DNA of 64,000 bases from Podarcis muralis. Lineage: Eukaryota. Position numbers and translations under genes: made by a program. This document shows, in pieces, positions 26,115 through 39,309 of the stretch. Numbering within the stretch: position 1 is the first letter of the stretch; each line of letters begins with the position of its first letter. The stretch covers positions 115,568,001-115,632,000 of the forward strand of contig NC_135657.1 of the NCBI RefSeq assembly GCF_964188315.1. Direction: 5' to 3'. Below the pieces are notes generated by a model. It searched no databases. It saw only the letters and a program-made list of their open reading frames with translations, and was not told where the DNA came from.

Positions 26115-27260
26115 GTGGCTCCATGAGGGTGTTGCTTGGGGAGCGTTTTTCAGTCCCATGGAGCCTTCAATGGGGCTCAATTTTATCCCCTATGCTATTT
26201 AACTTCTACATGAAACCACTGACTGGGATCATTTGGAGCACATTGTCAGCAATATGCTGATGACACACAGCTCTACTTCTCCTTCACATTTGCAGGTGAG
26301 GCAGTGGATGTGCCGGGCCCATGTCTTGCCTCAGTAATGGATTGAAGGGACTGGATGAGATCCAATAATCTGAAGTTCAATCCAGATAAGACTGAAGCAC
26401 TGTTATTGGGTGGTTCCCTAGTCCAGATGGGTGGGAGATTGCCTGCTCTTGATGGGGTTACACTTCCTCTGAAGGAGCAGGTACATACCTTGGGATCCTC
26501 TGCTGTCGCTTGAGGCTGAAGTGTACCCTCCATCAGCTTATGAGGTGTACCTTCCATCAACTTTGGATGGTAGCCCAGCTGTGCCCCTATCTGGATAGGG
26601 ATAGCCTAACCTCTGTTGTCTATGCTCTGGTAACCCGTTATACATAGGGCGGCCTCTGAAGACGGCTTGGAAGCTTCAGCTGGTACAGAATTCGGCAGCT
26701 GGGTTGCTCACTGGGACAAGACAGTTTCAGCATATAACACCAAACGTGGCCAGATTGCACTGATTGCTAGCTAGCTTCTGGGCCCAATTCAAAGTGCTGG
26801 TTTTGACCTATAAAGCCTTAAACAGCTCAGGACCACAATACCTCAAGGACTGCCTCTCTCCATATAAACCGTCCAAGACTCAGCATTCAGCATCTGTGCC
26901 TCCTCCTTGTGAGGTTAGCATCGTGTGCCTCCTCCATGTGAGGTCCGGAGGGTGGCAACACAAGAACGGTTCTTTTATTTGTAGTGGCTCCCTGTTTGTG
27001 GAATGCTATCCCCAGGGAGGGTTGCCTGGCACCTTCATTATATATATTTTAGGCACCAGTCGAAAATGTTCCTCTTCAACCAGGCCTTTAGTTGATTAAT
27101 ATTCTACAGCTTTTTTAATGTGTTTGTAGGAGGAGGGATGTTATTATTTGTTGTTTATGTTTTGGCCATTTACTCGTGTTTTTACCTGTGAACCACCCTA
27201 AGATCTTATGATGAAGGTATATATTAGGTATAAATTCATAATAGGTATGATGAAGGTATA
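26115..27260 (+). mobile_element. L2 LINE 3' part, pseudogenised reverse transcriptase
   Basis: GSILSPMLFNFYM, YADD (tatgctgatgac 26253-26264), WMRSNNLKFNPDKTE, LQLVQNSAA, QFKVLVLTYKALN; frameshifts and stops; L2 3' end near 27190-27260. Confidence 0.9.
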
Positions 27261-27344
27261 AATTTAATTAATAAATAATGAGTAATGATATATTCCACTC
27301 TTGGTACTGAAGACTGTGAAGGTGAGAATCAGCATAATAACAAT

Positions 27345-27856
27345 TCTTTATTTATTATTTATTAAATTTGTATACCGCTCTTCATCAGTAGATCTCAGAG
27401 TTGTGAACGGCATAAAAATATAATACAAAAACACAAAATACATTATTTAAAAAAAAGGAACAAAACAATAACCCCGATTATCGCCCACTCTCTCCCACAG
27501 AAACATTGAAAAGGATACAGAATGTTATCAGCCAAAGGCCTGGTTGAAGTGGAGCTTTTTCACCTGGTGCCTGAAGGTATATAATGAAGGTACCAGACAA
27601 ACTTCCCTGGGGAGAGATTCCACAAACAGGGAGCCGCTGAAGAAAAGGCCCAGACCTCTCATGCAGGACGCACATGAAGAAGGGCCTCACATGGGGATTG
27701 CAGGGTCTGGGAATGTTCACATGGAGAGAGGTGGTCTTTGAGGTATTGTGATCCTGAATCGTTTAAGGCTTTATAGGTCAAAACCAACACTTTGAATTGG
27801 GCCCAGAAACTAACTGGCAGTCAGTGAAGTTGGATCAGGACCAGTGTAATATGCTC
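27345..27856 (-). mobile_element. L2 LINE 3' fragment, inverted relative to 26115-27260
   Basis: tttaaggctttataggtcaaaaccaacactttgaattgggcccagaa is the reverse complement of 26778-26822 apart from a few mismatches; (TAT)n tail at about 27345-27365. Confidence 0.85.
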
Positions 27857-28788
27857 TCAAAGGATCATTTTTTGATGTACAGCCATCAAGAGCATGCCTC
27901 AGTTTAACCATACTGAACCTGCTAATTTCTTTTTGATTGAAGTAAGGGTTTTTAACAGTACGTCAAATTACCCAGTTTCTTTATATGTGAATGCAAATTA
28001 GCGCAAACTGTTTTTGTTTGTGGTGTAATCATTACATGCTATTCATATTGGCACAAACACTGCAGGAAAGGACAGCAATTGAAACCTAAAAAGCAGTTTA
28101 CAGATCAAGTTTGTGTAATGATTGGTTCTAGCCTTTCATCTTTTTCACATGGATAGAATGTCATACTGGAGCTTCCACTGTCCATATTTTTATGAGTGCA
28201 TAATGTTTTGATGTAATTGGGAATTCTCCATCTCTATGCTCAAGGCAAAAATGATTTAAGTAAATATTGGAAAGATGCTATTTTTTAAAAGAGACTCTTT
28301 AATCCTTTTTGAAACAATGGTCTACAACACAAACAACAGAAAAATTAAAGCATTTCTGAAAGAATATCTGTGACTGCCTTTATGGAGAGCTCCATATTTA
28401 ATGAAAGGCTTGACTCAAACATTCATATTTCTAAAAACAGAGCCGTTGCAGAAAGAGTTGAGATGTCTTAGGCTGATAAAGTCTTTGAAAGCCTTTTATT
28501 CAGAGAAGCAATTCACCATATAAAATAATGATTCATAAAATAAACATGAGCAAACAACTCAACAGCATTTAACATTTCCATGGACTAATCCACTTTCTCT
28601 AGTTTGGAGAGGCAAGCACAGAGGGGGCGGCGTAGGGGAGAAATATATTAGACAGTCATTGATTAAAAGTAAAGGGCTTCTAACCTAATGACATTGTCTT
28701 TCACCAAAGCTTTTCTGCCTATTCTTCTTTTAAATAAATACATTCTATCCATTTCTGCCCCCTCCTGCAGATTATTTTAGCAAGTGCC

Positions 28789-28992
28789 NNNNNNNNNNNN
28801 NNNNNNNNNNNNNNNNNNNNNNNNNNNNNNNNNNNNNNNNNNNNNNNNNNNNNNNNNNNNNNNNNNNNNNNNNNNNNNNNNNNNNNNNNNNNNNNNNNNN
28901 NNNNNNNNNNNNNNNNNNNNNNNNNNNNNNNNNNNNNNNNNNNNNNNNNNNNNNNNNNNNNNNNNNNNNNNNNNNNNNNNNNNNNNNNNNNN
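28789..28992. other. Run of 204 N
   Basis: Counted from the sequence. Confidence 0.99.
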
Positions 28993-29184
28993 GCATTCCA
29001 TGTATAACACTCCCCAGAACCTTTCCTGTTTATTTCTGCTATATGAAAGCAGAAACATTAGGAACAGAATCTCCCCCCTCCTCTTTTTTTTTAAAGTGAA
29101 GACTTATGTAGATACAATGGAGAAACCTTTCAAGCAAGAGCCAGATCACCTCCTTTCAATCACAGGCAGTGACCTATCCCAAAT

Positions 29185-29324
29185 NNNNNNNNNNNNNNNN
29201 NNNNNNNNNNNNNNNNNNNNNNNNNNNNNNNNNNNNNNNNNNNNNNNNNNNNNNNNNNNNNNNNNNNNNNNNNNNNNNNNNNNNNNNNNNNNNNNNNNNN
29301 NNNNNNNNNNNNNNNNNNNNNNNN
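29185..29324. other. Run of 140 N
   Basis: Counted from the sequence. Confidence 0.99.
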
Positions 29325-29719
29325 AAGACAAGGTTTTCATTGGAAGCAAATGCTTTCAATCCCATGTAAATACTTATGCGTGTTCAGAGAAGCTTAAAAC
29401 AATAAACTCTAGTCCTGTCTGACAGAAGATAAGGGGAGGATAAGAGAAAGAGCAAATTAATGAAATAGAGTTCTTTAGAAGAAATTACTTTCATAGTTCT
29501 TAATACATCATTTAACCATTTCCACTTTAAAAAACAACAACAACCTGAAACTTGATTCTTTGTCAAAGAAAAAAATCCCAGCTGAAAGTCTAAATAGCAT
29601 TTCCATTCACTCTGCAATTTGATACAGTCACCTCTGTAAGGTCTCTTGAGAATGCTTTTCCTCTCCTGCTACCCCCTTCCTACATTTTTTTTAAAAAGAT
29701 CACTAAACAAAACTTGAAG

Positions 29720-30130
29720 AACCACTGACCAGCCACATGGTAGCAGCTAAGAACCACATTTGTGAAATGTCAGCAGTGACTTCATTCTTGAAGTTGACTT
29801 CTCCTGCCGCCAATGAAGGCAAGCTGAAAAGGTGGAAATAATCATAAAAATGATGCTAGTCCATAAACAAGCTTACAGCCTCATTAGTATAGCAGTAGGC
29901 TCCACTGGGTGATTTATGCTCGTTTTGCTGATGCCATGAGGAAATGCCATAGGGCAACTTTAGCCAACTGCTAATGGTTTCTGACAGCTTCTTAGCAACT
30001 AGTGCAAGCAACGCTGTGGCGTTTGCTAGTGACAGAAACTGAAAATGTCATATTATCTGTCCATGTGTCACGAAGTCCGTGTGGCAATTAACTAGTAGGC
30101 CAGTGACTGAGGGGCCAGAGACTCTTAAAA
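29720..30130. promoter_or_regulatory. Candidate Hox/Pbx/Meis-responsive enhancer
   Basis: TGATTTATG 29910-29918, TGACAG 29982-29987 and 30030-30035, posterior-Hox atcataaa 29841-29848 and ccataaa about 29860-29866; repeat-free. Confidence 0.45.
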
Positions 30131-33100
30131 ATGGCCCTTGGCTATTCAAGGGCATTGCTTGAATTTGCGTTGCACATATGCAACATTCTAATGCAGAAAT
30201 CTGGCTCTCAGTACCATCTCTGTCATGGTCACTGATGAGGCAGAGAATCAACACAATACCTTTCCCCCCCTAGAAAGACACTCTCCTTTACTTTCTTCTT
30301 TAGATACTGCACAACATTATAAATATGTCTTGATACGATTGATTGTAAAATACCTGAATCTCTGTTTTTGAACACGGAAGGGTGGGTGGGGGAGTGCTAG
30401 CTGTTTTTCTGCTCTTTCACAAATTAGTCTAAAAGGATTTGAGATCACTGAAGCAGACTCATTGCCTGTCAAATTGCTAGGAGCATAGGACTCTGCACAG
30501 CAACTAGACACTATTTAAAAAAATAAAACACACACACCACAAACCTTCTAACAAGCAAAATGAGAGGCTTGGCTCCACATTTCAGTTTCTGAGCTATCAA
30601 AACCACGCATATATGTCAAACTGTCAAACCTTTCAGTCTGGCCATTTGTCCTTTCAAATAATATTTAAGATTATTTCTACAATGTTTTACAGGTCGTGGT
30701 CTAGTGAAAGATATTTTGTACTACAGTTCACCCATAGAAGATTTCTTGTGAATCCTGGCCAATCCCCATAGAGCACTGCAGGTGACCTGTGGCAACTCTC
30801 AAGATTGTCAGCCAGCTCAGATTTCAAACATGCTCACCTCAAACATCCCAGTTGCCTATTTAAGCACACCCAGGCATTTAGGCTGTGCTATCTTGTTCCT
30901 TTCAAGGAAGGATAAAGCAGCATTTATCGTATTCAGGTCATTCAATGAGTCAGGCTGGCCATGTCAGCAGGGGTTCCTCTCATTCAGGTCAAATCTCCAC
31001 CCCTTCTCTTCCTACAACTTCCCCTCTGCCTCCCCCTGATCACCCCTTTTCTAACCCTCAGCCCTCCCCCCAAAATTACATGCACAGCATCAATAAAAGA
31101 CTGAAAAGTTCACTAGAATTCCACTCCTCCACAGAAGCACATTTTATGTTTATCAGTCATGTTCATTTGTTAACAAAATAGTTGAGAGAGTAACTGCACC
31201 CATGTCCTGAAATAGTTAATACAAAGGCAATTTTCGCAGATGACATTTTAAAATAGGTTTTTGCATTTCCCATGCTTGAAATACACACATTTGTATAGGT
31301 TCTGTATTCTTATCAAACAATGTTAAAATAATTGCATGAACGACTGATCTCACAGACCTCTCCAGTTTTACCAGCGACTGCATTCAGAAAGCTAGCATAT
31401 TAAGGAAATAATCCTACACACAAGGAAGCCTAGCATGAAAAGAAAAAGTAACTCAACATAAGAGAAACCACATAGCATTGTCAACATAGTGTAATACACC
31501 CACAGACAAATGAACAGGACCAAATCCAGGATATTTATGCAATCCACTCTGTGTGAGACTGGAGGTGGTGAAGTATGAAAGGGTCAGGATGCTAGCTCCA
31601 TTAAGGCACTGCACAGCAAGCAATGTTCTAACAGAAGAGGAATGTTCCAAAGGCACGTACGTCCCCCTACCAATTGTGCACTGCTTAGGAAGGATAAGCC
31701 AACATAAAATTGGGGCCCATGAGGAAAAATGTTTACCACATGTATATATCTCCTTTAAAAACCTTCACTTTCCCAGTGCTACATTCAAGCCACAAACATC
31801 CTCTCACGGAGCTAGCTGCCACTAATTTGTTCCCTGCTAAAACACATGCATGCTAATAGACACAGGGGTTTCTCCCACCCCCAAAGGCTGCAACCAGACT
31901 TGCTCCCATTTGAAAGATGTGCTGTTCAAGTGGATTATGTGAGATAAATTAGATTAAAGTTGCTGGAGAAAATTCAGCTTTACCACAGGCCTGAAAATGA
32001 CAAAGCACTGGAATTTACAGAGCCAAGGACCACAAGGCACAGAAGGCCACATTCCAGGCTTCAGCTTGTAATGATCCATTTTTAGATAAGAATCTCTATC
32101 CACCACTTTAAGCAGTTTGTGGAGAGTATGTGGGGGAAACGGACCAAACAGCATTAGCAAAATACCTACAGAAACTTTTAAAATGCACCCTGGACTGCAA
32201 TGCTCCATTGTCATGAGAGCTTGCCAAAGCCCTTTAAGCTCACTTCCCCCCTCCTCCCCCTCTTCTTCTCCCAATTTTTCACACTAAAGGTCATTTTAGC
32301 CCCTTAGAAGAAGACATTTCGGTAGCACATTCTTTGCTCAAGAATCTAATACAATAAAAGTATCTGCTCTGGCCAGAGACTATTGGATTTTAGATTAGAG
32401 TGTTGTGCTCAGTTCCAGTGAAACAATAAAAACCACATACAGCTTCGGTTTATGGTCCTTTAAGGTAATGTGTGTTTCCCCCCCATTTATTTCTTTTATA
32501 TTCAATAAACAGAGAGGGTTTTAAAATGTATGGCTACGTTTCCTCTATGGCATGCTTTTTTAAATAAAAAAGAAATAAATTTGATGTTTTCTACTAAGTA
32601 GACAACCTTTTTGACTCAAAAGTTTTGATTATTCAGGAGTACTTTTTAAAAAGGCGATTAGACCACTTAAGTACAGACAGGTCAATGCAAGTTTGGCATT
32701 TAATTAACATTTGCACCTTTAAATTATCTGCCCTTGAGCCCAGCTCTATGTGTGTCTCTTTTCTCCTCCTTCTTTGCATACTAAAAAAAGCCTCAGATTC
32801 TTTCTGGCAACCATTCTTGATTCTAGAGGCTGGTTTCACTCACTGTAAACTAATGATTACATGATCAAAGTAAGCTCATGAGAAACTAATTGCTGAAATT
32901 TATATCTGGGGAAAAATTGAGGACTGACATCTAATATTTTACAAATACATTTGTTGTCCCTATTAAAATGTAGACAGCAGGTTTCATTTTGCATTCACAC
33001 TGTTCATTATTCAACAATTCTATAAACTGATGAAGAACCATCACATGATAAAACAGTAGCACATAAAAAGCAGCATGATGAACTGGGAGGAAACTAGTAA

Positions 33101-35604
33101 ACTTTTGCATGTCTCACTAATTTGAAGGCAGGTGTTGTTTTTAATGCACACAAAAGTCCAAATTTCATTTGAATTCTTAGATTTGAAATGACCACCAGGA
33201 GAAAGAATTGGGAATGCTGGTTTGTATCCAAAGATGCCACCATACAAGCAGTGCTAAGCTCCTGTGTGCCGCCTCATGCGCATCTTGCTTCCCTCTTTTC
33301 TTTGAACCGACTCTAAAGGATCAGTGGACCCTCCAATGGAGGGGGGGGTGCGGTAGACACTTTCAGTAATGCCCTATAGTCAGAAAATTACTTTTTGCAA
33401 TTATCAGTCATATATTGGATTTTGTAAATGCATCTTGTGATAATAGGACATGTGCATTATACCTGCCCTTTAGAATGGCTTGCATTCTGATATATCATAC
33501 TGAAGCTCTTAACTCAACCATCTGCATTCAAGTGCTGTTGTACAGTTGTATACTACAGCAACCTAAGAAACATCTGTGCAATGCTTGATTTCCATCACTT
33601 GCTAGTCAACACCTGATGACTAGAAGCTAAATGTGTAAACCAGCTGAATATTTGAACCAACTCCATTGAAAAAGCCTTGTGTTTGAGGTGATATGTAATA
33701 TTCTTTCTGTGCATTCACTTGGTCTACTTTGAATAAAACTTCATTGAACACGACCCCATATTTTAAAACAATTAATTTAATGAGAAACAAACAAGTTTTT
33801 ACTTCTGCTAAGAGAACCTTATAAATAAATGCATTGCAATACGTTATAAAAGAGTGGTATGTGCAACTTTAATCAAACACTAAAGGGGAGAGTATCTCTG
33901 CTTTCTAATATGGAATATCCTTACACAACACATGCTAAATGAAGTGGATTTAAAAGCAGTCCTATAGGACAAATAAAAGTGCTTTCAACATGTAGTCTGA
34001 TTCTTAGAACAAGACAAAGAATAGAAGAATGCCCAATAGGAACAATGGAACTTGTTCAGAATGCAGTTTTGTTAGAGATAACGCAAGTAACAATGAGCCA
34101 AAAAGCACAAATAGGACAAATTCATTAGGTACCGCTTACACTGAAATTGAATTGTGGTTTGGATACAAAGTAAAGAATCATAGAACCGTGGAGTTGGAAA
34201 AGACCACGAGCATCTCAAGTATTTATAAAGACAATTTACTGACCTCATAATTTGAATACATGATTCGTTTCAAAAGAGAAGACTAAGAAGCTGCTGCAGC
34301 CATGTAAAATGTTAAGTTACCAACTTTCTTAAAACAAAAGTGTGCTTTTAACAGCAGCAGAACACACAGAAATTCAGCAGGACAACTTTTTCCACTGCTG
34401 TTAAAAACAAAAAGTAAAAAAGGAACAGAACCAAAACATTTCCCTCCAAGACATAGCTCTTCCAAATGATTTATGTGCGTAAAAAGCATTGAGTAAGCAC
34501 AAATTCAGCAGTGCAACTATGTGCTTAAACTCTCCCACAACACAAAACTATCTAGGCATCCAGTCACAATTCACTTGTAGCATACATCTGACAACATGTA
34601 CCGATTCGGTGAGACTTAACAACATGAGACCTGCAACACAGGTGCTCAAGACACTCCCTCCTTTTCTCTCACAGGCCTGGACAAGGAAAATTATCCATAC
34701 CTGGGAAAGGGGTGGAAAAAGGGGCCTGCTTTCTACCAGCGAGGATACAGTCACATTGTTCAGCCTGAAGTTTAGCTTTAGGGGCATGATAAACATCTCA
34801 CCCATACAGATGCGCTTGGTGTCTTTCGCCTCCAACCTCATTTTCTTTCACTCACTCGAAGTTTACAGTCCCAAGTAGCCTATCAACGATATGTAGTTAT
34901 CAAAACCAAAGAAGCTGAAGGAAACAGGATGGTAGCTTACCCTGCTTCAAAAGTATGCTGATGGTTACAACAAGAAATGAGTTTAAAAACGCATGCAGTT
35001 TTTCCTTTCTTAAGAAGTGCAGTGCCAGCTCTTGAAGCTGTTGCTACACTTTTCGCATCACCAGCAAACCAATGCTAAGTTCCCTTTGCTCCAGGCAACA
35101 CCATTGTCTTCCCCTGCAAATACATGCACACCATGTATAGAAGCTTCCCCTCAGCATAGACATTTGCAAAGGAAGCCTTACCTGTGTAAAACTGCTTCTT
35201 GGCAATATCTGTCACAAACTGATACAAACAAGACATTGTCTCATCCACCTGAACACAAACGAAACTTAACTTCAGCCTCCTACAATGTTTTTAGATGTGT
35301 ATGTATATAAACGCACTTTTAAGCTTATTAGTCTACATCAACTCTGTAAATGTTCCATTTGATAGATTTTTAAAACACCTGTTTTATGTATGTGAGTGGA
35401 TTGTTTCTTTGGTTAACTGGAGCATCGTTTGAGTTAACAGAATCAAACGATTCAGAGGCGCCAAACTATCTCCTGATCCGGAGTTAGAGTTTAATGTAAT
35501 TAAAATTTGAATAATATTTAAAAGCATGGGACTAAAACACAGAGTAAGTATGAAATAAGACTATAGATTGCATTAGTTAATTCATACCATATTTCTTTTC
35601 TGTT

Positions 35605-35960
35605 AATCAATTAATTAAAATATTTATACCCCACCTTTCCAAGGGAAATACTCAATGGGATAAATTAATAAAAATGAAAATAAAATAAATCAAGTAGGAA
35701 ATAACGTAAATAAATTGATGCAGCGGTGGGAGAAGCAGTAGAAAATAATTCCACAGTCCACATTAGAGAAACCCAAAGGCTTCCTGAGGAAGTCTTTGCT
35801 GCAAATCGGAACAGTGACAAAGACAGATAGAATCTCTTTAGGGAGGCAATTCCACAACCTAGGTGCTGCAGTCAAGATGCGCTGATTCAGCCACACCTGC
35901 CATACTCCAAATGATGAACAGGGACCCTGTTGTTGAACCGAGTACTCTGGTAGGTATCAG
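35605..35960 (-). mobile_element. L2 LINE 3' fragment
   Basis: atttataccccacctttcc tail region and gggaggcaattccacaacctaggtgctgc, typical of the reverse L2 3' region. Confidence 0.65.
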
Positions 35961-38900
35961 AAAAACTCACATCAGATAATAATCTAGCCAGTGCATTTTA
36001 AACTCGGTCTACTGTGAGGATGGATTTATGCCTGTACAGGTGTTCCAATACATTTAGTATCGCATCTAAAAATGACTTATGTGCTAGATCCATAAAGCAC
36101 ATAGTGTTAACTACACTGGTAGTGCATTACAAGAGTCACAATGTTCTGGCTTGCTAACACTCAACATGTATAGAGAGCATAAAAAGTAAGAATCTTGTAA
36201 ATGAGACATCAACCACCTGCACATAGAAGTGTTTTTCATGTGACAATCTCATGCTTAGACATCCAGTAGCCATTTCAAGGAGATAAATCCTCCAGTAATT
36301 TATCTGAACTGGGTTCATCAGGGCTTAGCCCTGGAGCCAATGTTCAGCTCCAGCAACAAGTCTGGGAATGCAAAGGTAATTGTAATGAAAACAACACATC
36401 TGCAGAATGTGTTTCTTCACCACTGAGCAGCAGCAACCAGTCTGCAGACATCTGTGATTATAGCCTTAATTGGGTATTATACCCTCATGTCCCTGCCAGC
36501 CAAAGACCCTTTCCATCCACACTTTTGGGGGTGCCTGAAGAAGGAAGTATGCTACCCTGCTATATGTATAGGCTTCACCCCCTATGTACAACCATGAGTT
36601 ATTTGGGTTCTGTATCACAGGGAAAACCTACAACCCGACATATGGGCCTCTCCTCTATGCATGGATGGCAGAGATCAGGATGGGAACAAGAGGCGTGGGC
36701 CTGCTCTCCTCTTGCGCATTGTCATTTGGATGAGCAGACAGCGCCCAAACAGGGATCAAGTTTCAACCCAGCACCCTGTCCCCAAGTTCATTGCAAAGAT
36801 CTCAGCTATGCTCTCTTCTGCCGCACCGAGGCTGGAAGCGCCTGCCTGCTCTAAAGCTAAGCACGACATGTTATCTCCGCTCACCACTTTCTTCTCCCAA
36901 GTCCCCTGGCCTGTACATAGGATCTGGAGATTGTGGCATGTCCCTCTGGATTTAGCTGTTTTTAATTGTGTGCACGAAGCTTTCACTGTTGAAGAAAACC
37001 AACGCACCTCTGCTGCCACACACATCACCTTGCCTCTGTGATTGAAGGGACCTGGGGCCACATAATGTCAGTGCGCCAGCCCCAAAGCATGATTAGACCA
37101 CACACACATGCCACCGCAAATGTTGGGGGGCTGGCCCTCTGATTTAGAATCGGGGGGCTTGGCCCCCATGCCCCCCCAAACGTGGTACCTATGTCTGCTG
37201 CTGAACTCATGCTTCCCCTGCCCCACCGACTCGGTCCAAGAACTTATTCCCATCTTGCGCATTATTAGAGCTGATGATAGTTGAGTGGACAAGGAGATGG
37301 CTTTATGAGTTCTGTGAAGTTGCAACAAAACTTGAGTAGTTTCAAGAAAGTTTATTTGTTTGTAAACAAACAATCTACAGAACAGAGAATATTAACAAAA
37401 CAGCATTATCCCACAAGATCATAAAACTGCTGATGGAGTGAACTCTAAACATATGTTCAGTGACTCAGATATCCAAAAATCCCCTTCTCTTTCTGCAGGT
37501 TTCAGCCAAGTCCCTCTGAATCAATGGAAGACAATGTTTGTGGAGGGCCTATCACACAGCATACGATGCCAGAAATCTTTAGTTGTTAGAAGTGCATTCG
37601 TTGTTTATCCAGATTTTCTGGATGACATCTAAAATACCTTTTAGATTAATCTACGTACATGATACATTAATGAAATGAGGCTACATGGAAGCAGACAGTA
37701 GATTAGAATGTGATAAAAAAAAATCCAACAACAGATAAGAAAAACAAATAGATGATGGGAATATAAATAGCTGGTCTCTAGGCTCCCATCTTTAAAATTA
37801 TGTAAACAGGGTATGGGGGAAATGAATATATTAAAACACACTTAACATTAAAATAAACTGAATAGCAATTAAGAATCGGAAGCTTAAAGTATGCCTGAAC
37901 AAGAAGAAAAGCAGGAAGCAGAGAACCACTGGCTCAAAAGAACAAGTTTTAACACATTCTCTGCTGTGCATGTTGTTTGTTTTTCTAATCTTAGAAAATT
38001 AGGTGTGCAAGTCAAATCTGCCCCCAGGCAGCTTTAACTCCAGCGACCTGCCCTCATTCTGCAGAACACCCTGGGTCTTGCTGACCTTGCCAGTAACACA
38101 GAGGTCATATTTTCACATGGATGAACTGATCTTGAACAATTTCTCCAATGTATTAAGTACAAAACAGGCTTTTCTTCAACATCAAGCATGCATGACTTAC
38201 CCTTGCACCTCTCCCCAACATAACACACGTTTTGGGAGGTAAGGGGTCAAGGACCCCCGCACACTACCTACTAGCACCGAGGTACACATGTGTCCTCTTT
38301 TGCAGTTTACCAGGATACGGATACAGAATGAGGTTGTTCTACATTCACTTTTATTTGTTTTTATTAGGCGTCACCTTCAACAAGCCAGGGTCAAAGTGTC
38401 ATGTAAAGGTTGTTTGTTTCTATTTGCAGTAATTGATATCAGAAACTTGTGGCTGTGATAAATTATGTTTCATAGCACGATAGGAAAGAAAAGCCACTGG
38501 GGTGACACAGTATTTAGTTGTTCCCATTTTCAGCCCAAAAAAATTAAGAAGGGGTAGATTCCAGGCCAAAACCCACTTTCTCATGAATTTCACAGAGAAG
38601 AACCATCACAATTTCTTCTGTAGTGTAGTATGTATAAAGACACCATTTTTATTTATTCATCTAAAATATTTGTAACCTACTCTCCATTGTTCGTACAATC
38701 CCAAAGTGAGAAATATAAGACTACAACAAGCTATATTTCATCTAAACGGAACTTAATGTAAAAAAATACAATATACTAACAGCATAACTACATGCTGAAC
38801 AAGGGGCGCCATTGTAGTTAAATGCTTGTGTGAATAGCTATGTTTTTACTATTGCAAGGTTAATCTGGAAGCTTCTGAAAACAACAGAACAAACTGAGTA

Positions 38901-39309
38901 TGTTCAGAATAGCTAGGCAACCTTGTATTTATTGAGTGGGGCAGCATTTAGATTTGTTTAACCTATCGCTAATGTTCCCTCAAGATAATTTTACTGGTTT
39001 GATATCTTGTCATCTGAGCCCAAGCAAAATAGCTCCGCACTAGGGAAGGAACTTCAAGTGCCCTCTCCAACCCAAATGGCATATAGTGGATAACAAATAA
39101 GCTATTTTTTTTTTGTTCTTACCAGCAAATTCACTGGCTCAGATTCATATTTTACTACACCTGTATTACAGTCACCAGTAAAAAATTGTCATGAAGTCCA
39201 ATCCGCATTGCCAGAGCAAAATATAGACGTTTAGGTGATGTGAGGTTACTCTAATCCTGCCATTACAACACATACCAGTATCAGTTGGCCAGACCAGAAT
39301 TATTTCTAC

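Noticed and set aside
28772-29422. ORFs spanning N runs (also 53527-53963, 54825-55109)
   Set aside because: Artefacts of translating N as X.
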